64,000 nt of DNA. Origin: Erysipelotrichaceae bacterium. Lineage in GTDB: Bacteria; Bacillota_I; Bacilli_A; Erysipelotrichales; Erysipelotrichaceae. The notes beneath the pieces are model-generated. The model did no database searches, was not told where the DNA came from, and saw nothing but the letters and a program-made list of their open reading frames with translations. Numbering within the stretch: position 1 is the first letter of the stretch; each line of letters starts with the position of its first letter. Shown here piece by piece: positions 33,792-42,039 of the stretch. The position numbers were made by a program, and so were the translations under genes. The stretch is from NCBI GenBank assembly GCA_030536365.1, contig JAUNQE010000001.1:10137-74136 (forward strand), written 5' to 3'.

Positions 33792-35261
33792 TTACTGTTT
33801 CTTGTTGGAATCTTCGAAGGGCGCTTCCTCGACCTTGTCGACCGATGCGGTAAGCGGATCGAGATCATCCGGTCCGGTCATCTTGCCGCCGTTGACGGTG
33901 AGGTTCGTCAGGATGCCGGCGATCAGAGCGGTTGCTAAAGCGGTGATGGTGAGCAGAGGTCCGCCGGTCGCCGGGTTCGTACCGAAGGTCAGGGACAGTC
34001 CGCCGATGCCGACGACTAAGATCGCGGAGACAACGAAGAGGTTCTTGTTGTTGCCGAGGTCAACATGCTTGATCATCTGCAGACCGGAGACAGCGATGAA
34101 ACCGTACAGAGCGACACAGGCGCCGCCCATAACGCATTTCGGGATCGTGTTGATGACTGCGACGAACGGTGTGAAGAAGCTCAGCAGCATGCAGCCGATG
34201 GCGGCTGTGAAGATCGTGGAAGTGGATGCGTTGCCGGTGATGGCGACACAGCCGATGGATTCACCGTAAGTGGTATTCGCGGCACCGCCGAAGAAACCGC
34301 CGACGATGGAGCCGAGACCATCACCCATTAAAGTGTTGCCGAGACCCGGATCATTGATCAGGTCGCGGTTGATGATGTTGCCGAGGTTCTTATGGTCAGC
34401 GATGTGCTGAGCCAGTTCGACGACAGCGATCGGGACGAAGGTCAGAGCGATGTTGCCAAGCGCTGCGCCGTCGATCGGAAGGACGTTGGCTGGTGTTTCG
34501 GTCAGCGCCTTAACGAAGACGAACTTCGGAAGATCAACGATCGAGGTGAGGCCGAAAGGTACGAACGCGTCGACGAAGGGCTGGAAGCTCATGACCTGCA
34601 GTCCTTCGATACCGGCAGCTTTGCCGATCAGGGTCAGGACGAGAGAGACGATGTAGCCGATGCCGACACCGACGATAAAGGGGATCAGTTTGATGTTCTT
34701 GCTGCCGTGAACGGAAGCGTAAACGATCGCCAGGAAGGTCAGGAAACCGATCAGGATGGTCAGCAGGCTGTAGGTCGCGCCGCCGTTGGTGGACATCCAG
34801 CCGGTAGCCGTACCGGAAAGGGAAAGACCGATGAGAGTGACGATCGGGCCGATGATGACAGTGGGCATGAGTTTGTTGACCCAGTCAGCACCGACAGCCT
34901 TGATAACGAAGGCGATGACAACATAGACGAGACCGGCGAACAGGATGCCGAGGATGACGCCCCAGTAACCGTAGTTCATGCCGATGATCGCCGCGTAGGC
35001 ACCTAAGAAGGTGAAGGATGAACCTAAGAAGACCGGGCTCTTTTTCTTGGAACAGAAGAGATAGACGATCGTTCCGATACCGGCGCCGAACAGAGCTGCC
35101 GCCGGATCGAAGCTCAGAGTGGAACCGTCGCTCATTGCGTAGCTGCTCATCAGCATCGGCACGAGCAGAGTAGCGGCCATGATGGCGATCATCTGCTGGA
35201 AGGCGAAGATCAGGTTCTGCGTAAATGAAGGTTTGTCGTTGACGTCGTAGATCAGTTTCAT
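33792..35261 (-). CDS. pyrP: uracil/xanthine permease (NCS2 family; PyrP-like)
   Basis: 489 aa from the ATG preceded by AGGAGG; the ORF-track start at 35372 lies inside the leader. Polytopic, with NCS2-type motifs (GLSLSG, NTTYGESIG). It sits downstream of pyrR. Confidence 0.8.
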   Translation of the reverse strand: MKLIYDVNDKPSFTQNLIFAFQQMIAIMAATLLVPMLMSSYAMSDGSTLSFDPAAALFGAGIGTIVYLFCSKKKSPVFLGSSFTFLGAYAAIIGMNYGYWGVILGILFAGLVYVVIAFVIKAVGADWVNKLMPTVIIGPIVTLIGLSLSGTATGWMSTNGGATYSLLTILIGFLTFLAIVYASVHGSKNIKLIPFIVGVGIGYIVSLVLTLIGKAAGIEGLQVMSFQPFVDAFVPFGLTSIVDLPKFVFVKALTETPANVLPIDGAALGNIALTFVPIAVVELAQHIADHKNLGNIINRDLINDPGLGNTLMGDGLGSIVGGFFGGAANTTYGESIGCVAITGNASTSTIFTAAIGCMLLSFFTPFVAVINTIPKCVMGGACVALYGFIAVSGLQMIKHVDLGNNKNLFVVSAILVVGIGGLSLTFGTNPATGGPLLTITALATALIAGILTNLTVNGGKMTGPDDLDPLTASVDKVEEAPFEDSNKKQ

Positions 35262-35290
35262 ACGTGTTTCCTCCTGTTTGCCCCGGTTAT

Positions 35291-35320
35291 AATAAAAAAC
35301 CTTGTCCGGAGACAAGGCAA
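35291..35320 (-). terminator. leader terminator (attenuator) upstream of the permease gene
   Basis: Minus-strand RNA: CCUUGUC-uccg-GACAAGG followed by UUUUUUAUU, about 30 nt upstream of the RBS. Confidence 0.6.
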
Positions 35321-35362
35321 GCATGCGAAGTAGCGACTGAATCCAGCCTATGACCGCCGCGC

Positions 35363-35395
35363 ATCTTACCAATATCTCGTATTGGCCTTAAAGAT
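35363..35395 (-). promoter_or_regulatory. candidate PyrR-binding (anti-antiterminator) hairpin
   Basis: Minus-strand RNA: AUCUU-UAAGG-CCAAUA-cgaga-UAUUGG-U-AAGAU. The architecture resembles the PyrR site (outer stem, UUUAA internal loop, purine-rich GAGA loop), but the loop differs from the UCCAGAGAGG consensus. Confidence 0.4.
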
Positions 35396-35416
35396 AGCCG
35401 TGCAACTATAAAAAGT

Positions 35417-35881
35417 CTATCGGTTAGATCCGTCTTTGTCAATAAGGGTGGCTTCCAAAAGGTCGATTTCCTCCTCGTTGAAGACCGGGTATCCGTTCTT
35501 CAGGAAGAGCGAAGCCGCTGTCCCGTTTCCGGGGATCAGGGTGCCGCTGAAAGTGCCGTCATAGATCCTGCCTTTGCCGCAGGAAGGGCTTTTGGCTTTT
35601 AAAAGCACCGCATCCGCCTGATTGATCTCAGCGACATGCAGAGCGATCTCCGCGCCGCGCAGATACTGCTCGCTGACGTCGGCCCCGACCTTATTGATCA
35701 CTTTTCCGTCGATGATCTCGGCCGGCGGACGGGGCGTGGAAAGGCCGCCGTTCTGTTCCGGGCAGACGGGGATCAGGGTGTGCTTCTCCGCGAGCTTCAG
35801 GACTCTTTCGTTGGGACAGGACTTGCCGTCGTAACGGCAGGGGATGCCCAGCAGACAGCCGCTGACAATGATCCTGCTCAT
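35417..35881 (-). CDS. DUF523-family protein (TudS-like thiouracil desulfidase family)
   Basis: 154 aa with SGCLLGIPCRYDG, VCPE and a later SPSCG. These are the Cys residues expected for the DUF523 [4Fe-4S] site. ATGA overlap with the pyrR stop. Confidence 0.75.
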   Translation of the reverse strand: MSRIIVSGCLLGIPCRYDGKSCPNERVLKLAEKHTLIPVCPEQNGGLSTPRPPAEIIDGKVINKVGADVSEQYLRGAEIALHVAEINQADAVLLKAKSPSCGKGRIYDGTFSGTLIPGNGTAASLFLKNGYPVFNEEEIDLLEATLIDKDGSNR

Positions 35882-36438
35882 GAAAGCTTCTCCTGGATCT
35901 CGACGTTGGTGAGACCGTCAGCGGTATTGAAATGGACATTGATCACTTCGTTGTTGGAAGTCGGGACATTTTTGCCGACATAGTCCGGACGGATCGGCAG
36001 TTCACGGTGACCGCGGTCAACGAGCACAGCCAAAGAGACCTTTGCCGGGCGTCCGAGGTCGAATAAGGCTTCGATCGCGGCTCTGACTGTCCGGCCGGTA
36101 TAAAGGACATCGTCGGCCAGGATGATATGCATGCCGTCCACGGAAAAAGGCAGGTCTGCTTTCTGCAGCTGCGGATTGTCCGCGATCTTTTCGAGATCGT
36201 CACGGTAATACTTGATATTGATGGAGCCTAACGGCAGTTCGATGCCGGTGTTCCTGCGGATATTGTTGCGCAGGATCTCCGCCATCGGGACCCCGCGGGT
36301 TTCGATACCGACCAGCGCAAGTCTGCTGGTATCCGGGTTCTTTTCGATGATCTCATAGGATAAACGCATCAGCGTCCTTTGCACGGTCGCTTCATCCATC
36401 AGCTGGACTTTCGTCTTTAAAGTGATCTTGTCTGTCAT
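35878..36438 (-). CDS. pyrR: bifunctional pyrimidine operon regulator / uracil phosphoribosyltransferase PyrR
   Basis: 186 aa; a LMDEATVQRTLMRLSYEIIEKN start and the PRPP motif ILADDVLYTGRT. Confidence 0.9.
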   Translation of the reverse strand: MTDKITLKTKVQLMDEATVQRTLMRLSYEIIEKNPDTSRLALVGIETRGVPMAEILRNNIRRNTGIELPLGSINIKYYRDDLEKIADNPQLQKADLPFSVDGMHIILADDVLYTGRTVRAAIEALFDLGRPAKVSLAVLVDRGHRELPIRPDYVGKNVPTSNNEVINVHFNTADGLTNVEIQEKLS

Positions 36439-36518
36439 GCCTTCATTTTACAAGAAAGTGCGTTACCGTCAACGAAAAGAAACGTGTTAAGATTAAAAAA
36501 AGAAAAGAGGCCATGATT

Positions 36519-37193
36519 ATGGAAGACTTTGCGAAAAATGTAATCAGTTTTGAAGATCATCCCTTAGTTGCACACAAGATCACCAAACTCCGTGACATCA
36601 ACACAGGATCCAAGGAATTCAGTGAGATCATCACCGAACTGACGATCCTGATGGGCTATGAAGCTCTCAAGGATCTTAAGACCAGAGAGATCGAAGTGGA
36701 AGCTCCGCTGACGACAATGAAATCCCCTGTTCTGGCAGAGACCTTTACGATCGTTCCGATCCTGCGCGCAGGTCTTGGCATGGTCGATGGTCTGAAGACC
36801 CTGCTTCCGACCGCAAGAGTCGGTTATGTCGGACTCTACCGTGATCAGGAGACCCTGCAGCCGGTCACCTATTACTTCAAGATGCCGGTCGATGCGGAGA
36901 ATGATCCGGCGATCATCGTCGATCCGGCGCTGGCTACCGGAGGCAGTATCGCCACAACGATCAAATATCTCAAGGAAACCGGCTACAACAAGATCAAGGT
37001 CATGTCGATCTTCGCTTCCGATGTCGGTGTTAAGCTGATCTATGACCAGTATCCGGATGTTAAGATCTATACCGCGATGTATATCCCCGGCGGCCTCAAT
37101 GAAGACGGCTTTATCGTTACCGCGGCCGGCGATATCGGCGACCGTCTGAACGGTACCTACGGCTACAAGAACGCCAGACCGGCGAAACCGTGA
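36519..37193 (+). CDS. upp: uracil phosphoribosyltransferase
   Basis: 224 aa; HPLVAHKITKLRD, VPILRAGLGM and VDPALATGGS. ATG 36519 has better RBS spacing than ATG 36513. Confidence 0.9.
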   Translation: MEDFAKNVISFEDHPLVAHKITKLRDINTGSKEFSEIITELTILMGYEALKDLKTREIEVEAPLTTMKSPVLAETFTIVPILRAGLGMVDGLKTLLPTARVGYVGLYRDQETLQPVTYYFKMPVDAENDPAIIVDPALATGGSIATTIKYLKETGYNKIKVMSIFASDVGVKLIYDQYPDVKIYTAMYIPGGLNEDGFIVTAAGDIGDRLNGTYGYKNARPAKP

Positions 37194-37273
37194 TGAAGCT
37201 CTGGCTGAAACGGATCGCTGTTCTGCTCGTTGTGCTTTTCATGTTTCTGATGATGATCCCCTGGAGGAGGTAA
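37193..37273 (+). CDS. candidate 26-aa hydrophobic small protein (MKLWLKRIAVLLVVLFMFLMMIPWRR)
   Basis: The ATG overlaps the upp stop (TGATG). The TAA ends 1 nt before the next gene's ATG. It predicts a single TM helix flanked by basic residues. It is below the ORF-track length cutoff. Confidence 0.3.
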   Translation: MKLWLKRIAVLLVVLFMFLMMIPWRR

Positions 37274-37274
37274 G

Positions 37275-37625
37275 ATGCAGATCCTTTGTTATGAAAAATG
37301 CGGAACCTGTAAAAAGGCTTTGAAATGGCTGAAAGACAACGGGATCGGTATCCCGGTCCGTCCGATCAAGGAAGAAAATCCCTCGAAGGAAGAGCTGCGC
37401 GAATGGCAGAAGCGCAGCGGTCTGCCGCTGAATAAATTCTTCAATACCAGCGGTAAGCTATACCGCGAATATGAGCTCAGCAAAAAGCTGCCGCAGATGA
37501 GTGAAGAGGAGATGCTCGATCTGCTTGCCTCGGACGGCATGCTGGTGAAGCGGCCTATTCTTGTCAGTGAAGAGAAAGTCCTTGTCGGATTCAGGGAAAG
37601 CGAGTACGCGGAAACGCTGCTCTAA
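37275..37625 (+). CDS. ArsC/Spx/MgsR-family thioredoxin-fold protein
   Basis: 116 aa; a CGTC motif at the N-terminus and LVKRPIL near the C-terminus; GGAGGAGG RBS. Confidence 0.8.
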   Translation: MQILCYEKCGTCKKALKWLKDNGIGIPVRPIKEENPSKEELREWQKRSGLPLNKFFNTSGKLYREYELSKKLPQMSEEEMLDLLASDGMLVKRPILVSEEKVLVGFRESEYAETLL

Positions 37626-37648
37626 AGCACGCATATAGAAAGAACCAG

Positions 37649-37688
37649 AGAAGAGGAAATATGGTTTTTCCTCTTCTTTTCTTTTTCT
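37649..37688 (+). terminator. rho-independent terminator
   Basis: AGAAGAGGAAA-tatggtt-TTTCCTCTTCT followed by a T-rich tract. Confidence 0.8.
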
Positions 37689-37818
37689 TCACAGCGGGGA
37701 AAAAAGGTGATCCTGTACCATATAGTTGACACTGGAAGAGATTATGAGACCCTCGTCAAATAGATCGTTTATCAGAGAGCCTCGTCTTTTTCAATGTTTT
37801 CCTGTACAATAATGTGCG

Positions 37819-38745
37819 ATGAAAAAGAACACAAATGAACCAAAACCGATCGCCTATACCCACCAGTGGAAGGTCGCGAGAAGCGCGGCCCTTTTGGAGT
37901 ACCTTCTGGCGAAGCTCGATCTGTCACGCAACAGCGTAAAGAATCTTCTGGGCGGCCATAAGGTCCTGGTAAACGGATCGGTCGTAACCAAATTCGATTA
38001 TCCTCTGGCAAAGGACGATGAAGTCAAGATCGCCAAGAATCCGGTCCGCGATGACCTGCAGAAGACCAAGGCGGGACCAAAGGCGGAAAACCGCTCCCCG
38101 TTTAAGAAATGGATCATCTATGAAGATGACGAATTCCTCGCCATCAACAAGCCTTCCGGACTGCTTTCGGTGGAATCCGACAAGAACCGTGAATCGGCTT
38201 ACAGCTATGCTTCCGCTTATCTGAAGGCAAAAGATCCCAAGGCCAGACCGTATATCCTGCATCGTATCGATAAAGACACTTCCGGTGTCCTGGTCTTCGC
38301 GAAGGATATCAAACTGCATTCCATGCTGAAGATGCACTGGAACGAGGATATCAAGCTGCGCAAATACATCGCTGTCGTCTCCGGCAGGATGCCGCAGAAG
38401 GAAGACAGGATCATCTCCTATCTGAAAGAGAACGTCAACAATCTCGTCTATGTCTCTGAAGACAGAGGCGGAAAGAAGGCGGTCACCAATTACAAGGTGC
38501 TGAAAGAGAATGCCCGCTACTCGATGCTGGATGTCGCGATCGAGACGGGAAGAAAGAACCAGATCCGTGTTCAGCTTGAAAGTCTCGGTCATCCGGTGAT
38601 CGGAGATGAGAAATACGGTGAAGGGGAAAACCCGATCGGACGCCTCGGTCTGCACGCTTCCGAACTGATCTTCATTCACCCGGTGACGAAACAGAAGATC
38701 TCACTGATCGCGCCGGTCCCGAAAGAATTTAACAAACTGTTCTGA
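37819..38745 (+). CDS. RluA-family pseudouridine synthase with N-terminal S4 domain
   Basis: 308 aa; HRIDKDTSGVLVFAK catalytic motif and KNQIRVQ. There is no SD; a TACAAT box lies at 37805-10. Confidence 0.85.
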   Translation: MKKNTNEPKPIAYTHQWKVARSAALLEYLLAKLDLSRNSVKNLLGGHKVLVNGSVVTKFDYPLAKDDEVKIAKNPVRDDLQKTKAGPKAENRSPFKKWIIYEDDEFLAINKPSGLLSVESDKNRESAYSYASAYLKAKDPKARPYILHRIDKDTSGVLVFAKDIKLHSMLKMHWNEDIKLRKYIAVVSGRMPQKEDRIISYLKENVNNLVYVSEDRGGKKAVTNYKVLKENARYSMLDVAIETGRKNQIRVQLESLGHPVIGDEKYGEGENPIGRLGLHASELIFIHPVTKQKISLIAPVPKEFNKLF

Positions 38746-38769
38746 CCGCTCAAAAGCGGTCTTTCTTTC
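38744..38769 (+). terminator. rho-independent terminator
   Basis: GACCGC-tcaaaa-GCGGTC followed by TTTCTTTC. Confidence 0.65.
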
Positions 38770-38834
38770 GGTCATTCCGCTTGCAAAGAAGCACCTGATA
38801 AGTATTATTGAAAGAGTACAAAAAGGAGAAAAGA

Positions 38835-39509
38835 ATGATCTCAAGCGATACCTGGACATTACTGGCAGAATCCTTCTGGAAGATCCTGCTGCCCGGCTTA
38901 AAAATGACGATCCCGCTGACCGTCCTTTCTTTCGGCCTGGCTCTGGTGATCTCGATCCTGGTGGCTCTGATCCAGTTTGCGAATGTTCCTGTGCTGAAGC
39001 AGATATCGCGTTTCTATATCTGGATCATTCGCGGCACACCGCTGCTCGTACAGCTCTATGTCGTCTTCTTCGGCCTCCCGAGTGTCGGGGTCATGATCGA
39101 AGCTTTTCCGGCAGCCGTTCTGGTGCTTGGTATCAATGAAGGCGCCTATTGCGCGGAGACGATGCGTTCCGCCCTGGAAGCCGTTCCCTCAGGACAGATG
39201 GAAGCAGGTTACTGTTCCGGACTGAACTATGTTCAGATCATGCGTCACGTCGTGCTGCCGCAGGCATTCCGCACCGCGGTACCGCCGCTTTTCAACTCCC
39301 TGATCTCAATGGTCAAGAATACTTCCTTGGCAGCGAACATCACCGTCGTTGAGATGTTCATGGCGACCCAGCGTATCGTCGGCCGCACCTACCGGGCGAT
39401 GCCTCTTTACCTTGAAGTTGCCTTCATCTATCTGATCTTCTCAACGGTCCTGACCTGGCTACAGCGCTACTTTGAAAAACGTTTGAACGCGTACGGAGGG
39501 CTCCGCTAA
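38835..39509 (+). CDS. amino-acid ABC transporter permease (HisM/GlnP type)
   Basis: 224 aa from the ATG with an AAGGAG RBS; the ORF-track start at 38808 is a TTG. EAA-like loop [23 protein letters not shown]. Confidence 0.85.
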   Translation: MISSDTWTLLAESFWKILLPGLKMTIPLTVLSFGLALVISILVALIQFANVPVLKQISRFYIWIIRGTPLLVQLYVVFFGLPSVGVMIEAFPAAVLVLGINEGAYCAETMRSALEAVPSGQMEAGYCSGLNYVQIMRHVVLPQAFRTAVPPLFNSLISMVKNTSLAANITVVEMFMATQRIVGRTYRAMPLYLEVAFIYLIFSTVLTWLQRYFEKRLNAYGGLR

Positions 39510-40258
39510 TGGCAATGCTGGAGATCAAAGGGATCCGCAAGACATTCGGGGATCTCGAAGTCCTGAAAGATATCAGTTTTAAAGTCGAAAAGGGAGATGT
39601 CATCTCTGTTCTCGGTCCGAGCGGTTCCGGCAAGACAACGCTTTTGCGCTGTATGAACTTCCTGGAAACAGCTGACGAAGGCACCATGATCTTCGACGGG
39701 GAAGAGTTCAAACTGAACGGCATATCCAAAGCCGACCAGGCGCGTATCCGCCGCAAGACCGGCTTTGTATTCCAGAACTACAACCTGTTCCTGAATAAGA
39801 CAGCTCTGGAGAACGTGACGCTCGGCCTGACAGCGGGCAGAAAGATCCCGAAAGAGCAGGCAGAGAAGAAGGGTCTCGAAATGCTGGAAAGAGTCGGCAT
39901 GTTAGATCGTGCAGGCTATTATCCCAATCAGCTTTCCGGCGGCCAGCAGCAGCGTGTGGCGATCGCCCGCGCCCTGGCAGCGGATCCCGAGATCATCTAT
40001 TTCGACGAACCGACTTCCGCGCTCGATCCGGAACTGATCGGCGAGGTGCTGAATGTCATGCGCGATCTGGCGAACGAAGGCATGACGATGGTCGTCGTTA
40101 CACATGAAATGGGCTTTGCCCGCAATGTATCCTCACGCGTTGTCCTGATGGAGAACGGCGTGATCGTAGAAGAAAACAGCGCGAAAGAATTCTTTGAGAA
40201 TCCGAAAGAGGAAAGGACAAAGGAATTCCTTCGTTTGAAGAAAGAAGAAAGGGAATAG
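39509..40258 (+). CDS. amino-acid ABC transporter ATP-binding protein
   Basis: 249 aa; [24 protein letters not shown] and [11 protein letters not shown]. Confidence 0.9.
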   Translation: MAMLEIKGIRKTFGDLEVLKDISFKVEKGDVISVLGPSGSGKTTLLRCMNFLETADEGTMIFDGEEFKLNGISKADQARIRRKTGFVFQNYNLFLNKTALENVTLGLTAGRKIPKEQAEKKGLEMLERVGMLDRAGYYPNQLSGGQQQRVAIARALAADPEIIYFDEPTSALDPELIGEVLNVMRDLANEGMTMVVVTHEMGFARNVSSRVVLMENGVIVEENSAKEFFENPKEERTKEFLRLKKEERE

Positions 40259-40270
40259 GAGGACAAGAAA

Positions 40271-41083
40271 ATGAAAAAGTTATTACCCTTACTGCTGGCT
40301 CTGCTGATGATCGTAACCTTCGCAGGCTGTTCATCCAATGCTCCAAACAACGCAGACGCAGCAAACAAAGATCATCTTGCCCGTATTCAGGAAGCCGGTA
40401 AACTGGTCGTTGCCATGGAAGGCAACTGGAGTCCATGGACATACCATGATGAAAAGACCAACGAACTGGTTGGCTTTGATGTTGAGCTCGCTGCCGCGAT
40501 CGCCGAGAAGATCGGTGTTGATGTCGAATATGTTGAAGGTCCCTGGGACGGTCTGTTCATGGGTCTTTCCAACGGCCGTTATGACCTCGTCGTCAACGGT
40601 GTCGGTATCACCGAATCCCGTAAGGAGACTTACGATTTCTCCAATCCGTACGTCTACAACACGACTGTTCTGATCACCCGTACCGACAACGAAGAGATCA
40701 AGACGCTCAGCGATCTGCAGGGAAAGGTCACCGCAAACTCCCTCGGCTCCACATTTGAGAGCATCGCTATTGAAGCCGGCGTCGATCACGTCGAGACAGT
40801 TGATTCCCTGGAAGAAACACTCAACCTGGTCATCAACGGCAGAGTTGACGCAACACTGAACGCGAAGGGTTCCTTCGATGACTATATGCGCGCGCATCCG
40901 GATGATCCGCTCCAGGCCGTTGAAGAAGTTTCGATCGAGCGCGTTGGTATCCCGTTCGTCAAGGGTGAGGACAACGCTACACTGCTGGCGTTAGTCAACG
41001 AAGTGATCGCTGAAAAGCAGGCAGACGGTTCGCTTGCCGAACTCAGCATAAAGCATTTCGGCTTTGACATGTCCCACGAATAA
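40271..41083 (+). CDS. amino-acid ABC transporter substrate-binding lipoprotein
   Basis: 270 aa; signal peptide with FAGC lipobox; type 2 PBP motifs (GFDVELA, DLVVNGV). Confidence 0.85.
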   Translation: MKKLLPLLLALLMIVTFAGCSSNAPNNADAANKDHLARIQEAGKLVVAMEGNWSPWTYHDEKTNELVGFDVELAAAIAEKIGVDVEYVEGPWDGLFMGLSNGRYDLVVNGVGITESRKETYDFSNPYVYNTTVLITRTDNEEIKTLSDLQGKVTANSLGSTFESIAIEAGVDHVETVDSLEETLNLVINGRVDATLNAKGSFDDYMRAHPDDPLQAVEEVSIERVGIPFVKGEDNATLLALVNEVIAEKQADGSLAELSIKHFGFDMSHE

Positions 41084-41103
41084 TACGTTTATCGGAGGAG
41101 ACC

Positions 41104-41415
41104 ATGATCAAGATCTATGGCATGCCGACATGTCCCTACTGCGATTATCTCAATGAGCAGATCAAGGGACGTGAAGACGAGTTCGAATACATCAATATCG
41201 GCGCGAACATCTCAAATCTGAGCGCATTCATGCATCTGCGTGATACGAACCCTGTCTTTGATCATCTTAAGGAGATCGGAGACGTCGGCGTTCCCGCTTT
41301 CGTGTTCGAGGACGGCAGAGTATCGGTCGATCCCGCAGACGCCGGTCTGATCAGCTACAGCAAGCGCAACGCCTGCTCGCTCGCGGATCATAAAAGCGGC
41401 AGACAGGGCTGCTGA
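41104..41415 (+). CDS. glutaredoxin-like protein
   Basis: 103 aa with a CPYC active-site motif at residues 10-13 and GVPAFVF. The C-terminal tail has two more Cys. Confidence 0.7.
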   Translation: MIKIYGMPTCPYCDYLNEQIKGREDEFEYINIGANISNLSAFMHLRDTNPVFDHLKEIGDVGVPAFVFEDGRVSVDPADAGLISYSKRNACSLADHKSGRQGC

Positions 41416-41435
41416 ATCATCAGACGAAAAAACGG

Positions 41436-41460
41436 AAGGAGGCTTAAAACCTCCTTTTTG
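41436..41460 (+). terminator. rho-independent terminator
   Basis: AAGGAGG-cttaaaa-CCTCCTT followed by TTT. Confidence 0.7.
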
Positions 41461-41469
41461 CATCTCCGC

Positions 41470-41500
41470 AAAAGAAAAACCGATAATCGCTTATCGGTTT
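41470..41500 (-). terminator. rho-independent terminator of the minus-strand ligase operon
   Basis: AAACCGATAA-gcga-TTATCGGTTT followed by a T-run on the minus strand. Confidence 0.7.
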
Positions 41501-41504
41501 GAAT

Positions 41505-42032
41505 TCATTCTTTCGCCAGCCCTTTGACAACAGTGAATCCCGGGAGCTTCTTCAGCAGAGCGACAGGGATCTCAATCTTTGAGCAGACTTTTCCGCCACC
41601 GATGATCACTGTCTCCTGCTCAAGGATCGTTTCTTCGGCCAGGATCTTCCAGCCTTCCGGCAGACCAACAGGAGTGATGCTGCCGTATTCCATCCCGGTT
41701 TCCCGGATAACATAGTCAAGATCCGCGAAGACGACTTTCTTGGCGTTGAGCGGTGTGCGGACGACGGAGTTCATACTGGCTCTTTTGCCGTAGGGGACAA
41801 GTAGCGCGGCGTAAGTTGTTTCTTCTCCGCGGCTGCCGGCAACGACCAGGCAGTTCAGCTCCTTTTCATAAGGAACACCGTAGACCTGATGCAGGGATTC
41901 CCCGTCTGCGCAGGCGGGATCGATCTCGGCGACTTTTGTCTCGCCTTCAGGATCGATCATTTTCAGACAGCTGTAGACGCTTTCCGGAAGCAGTTCCTTC
42001 GCTTCCTCGTAATGGTTAAAAGCTAAATTCAT
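41505..42032 (-). CDS. YbaK/ProX/EbsC-family aminoacyl-tRNA deacylase-like protein
   Basis: 175 aa from ATG 42032, 7 nt after the upstream stop. The TTG start at 42080 would overlap that gene by 41 nt. C-terminal ...GSITPVGLPEGWKIL..E.....TVIIGGG is typical of the YbaK domain. Confidence 0.65.
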   Translation of the reverse strand: MNLAFNHYEEAKELLPESVYSCLKMIDPEGETKVAEIDPACADGESLHQVYGVPYEKELNCLVVAGSRGEETTYAALLVPYGKRASMNSVVRTPLNAKKVVFADLDYVIRETGMEYGSITPVGLPEGWKILAEETILEQETVIIGGGKVCSKIEIPVALLKKLPGFTVVKGLAKE

Positions 42033-42039
42033 TTTCGGA

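Noticed and set aside
33766-35006. Plus-strand ORFs (167, 88 and 204 aa) inside the uracil permease gene.
   Set aside because: The minus-strand frame encodes a typical polytopic NCS2 permease. The plus-strand products are Asp/Gly/Arg-rich shadows.
36439-36518. The divergent pyrR/upp intergenic region, checked for a PyrR-binding hairpin or clear promoters.
   Set aside because: It holds only short A-rich sequence with a 4-bp AACG/CGTT pairing. There are no convincing -35/-10 pairs and no UUUAA...GAGAGG-type element.
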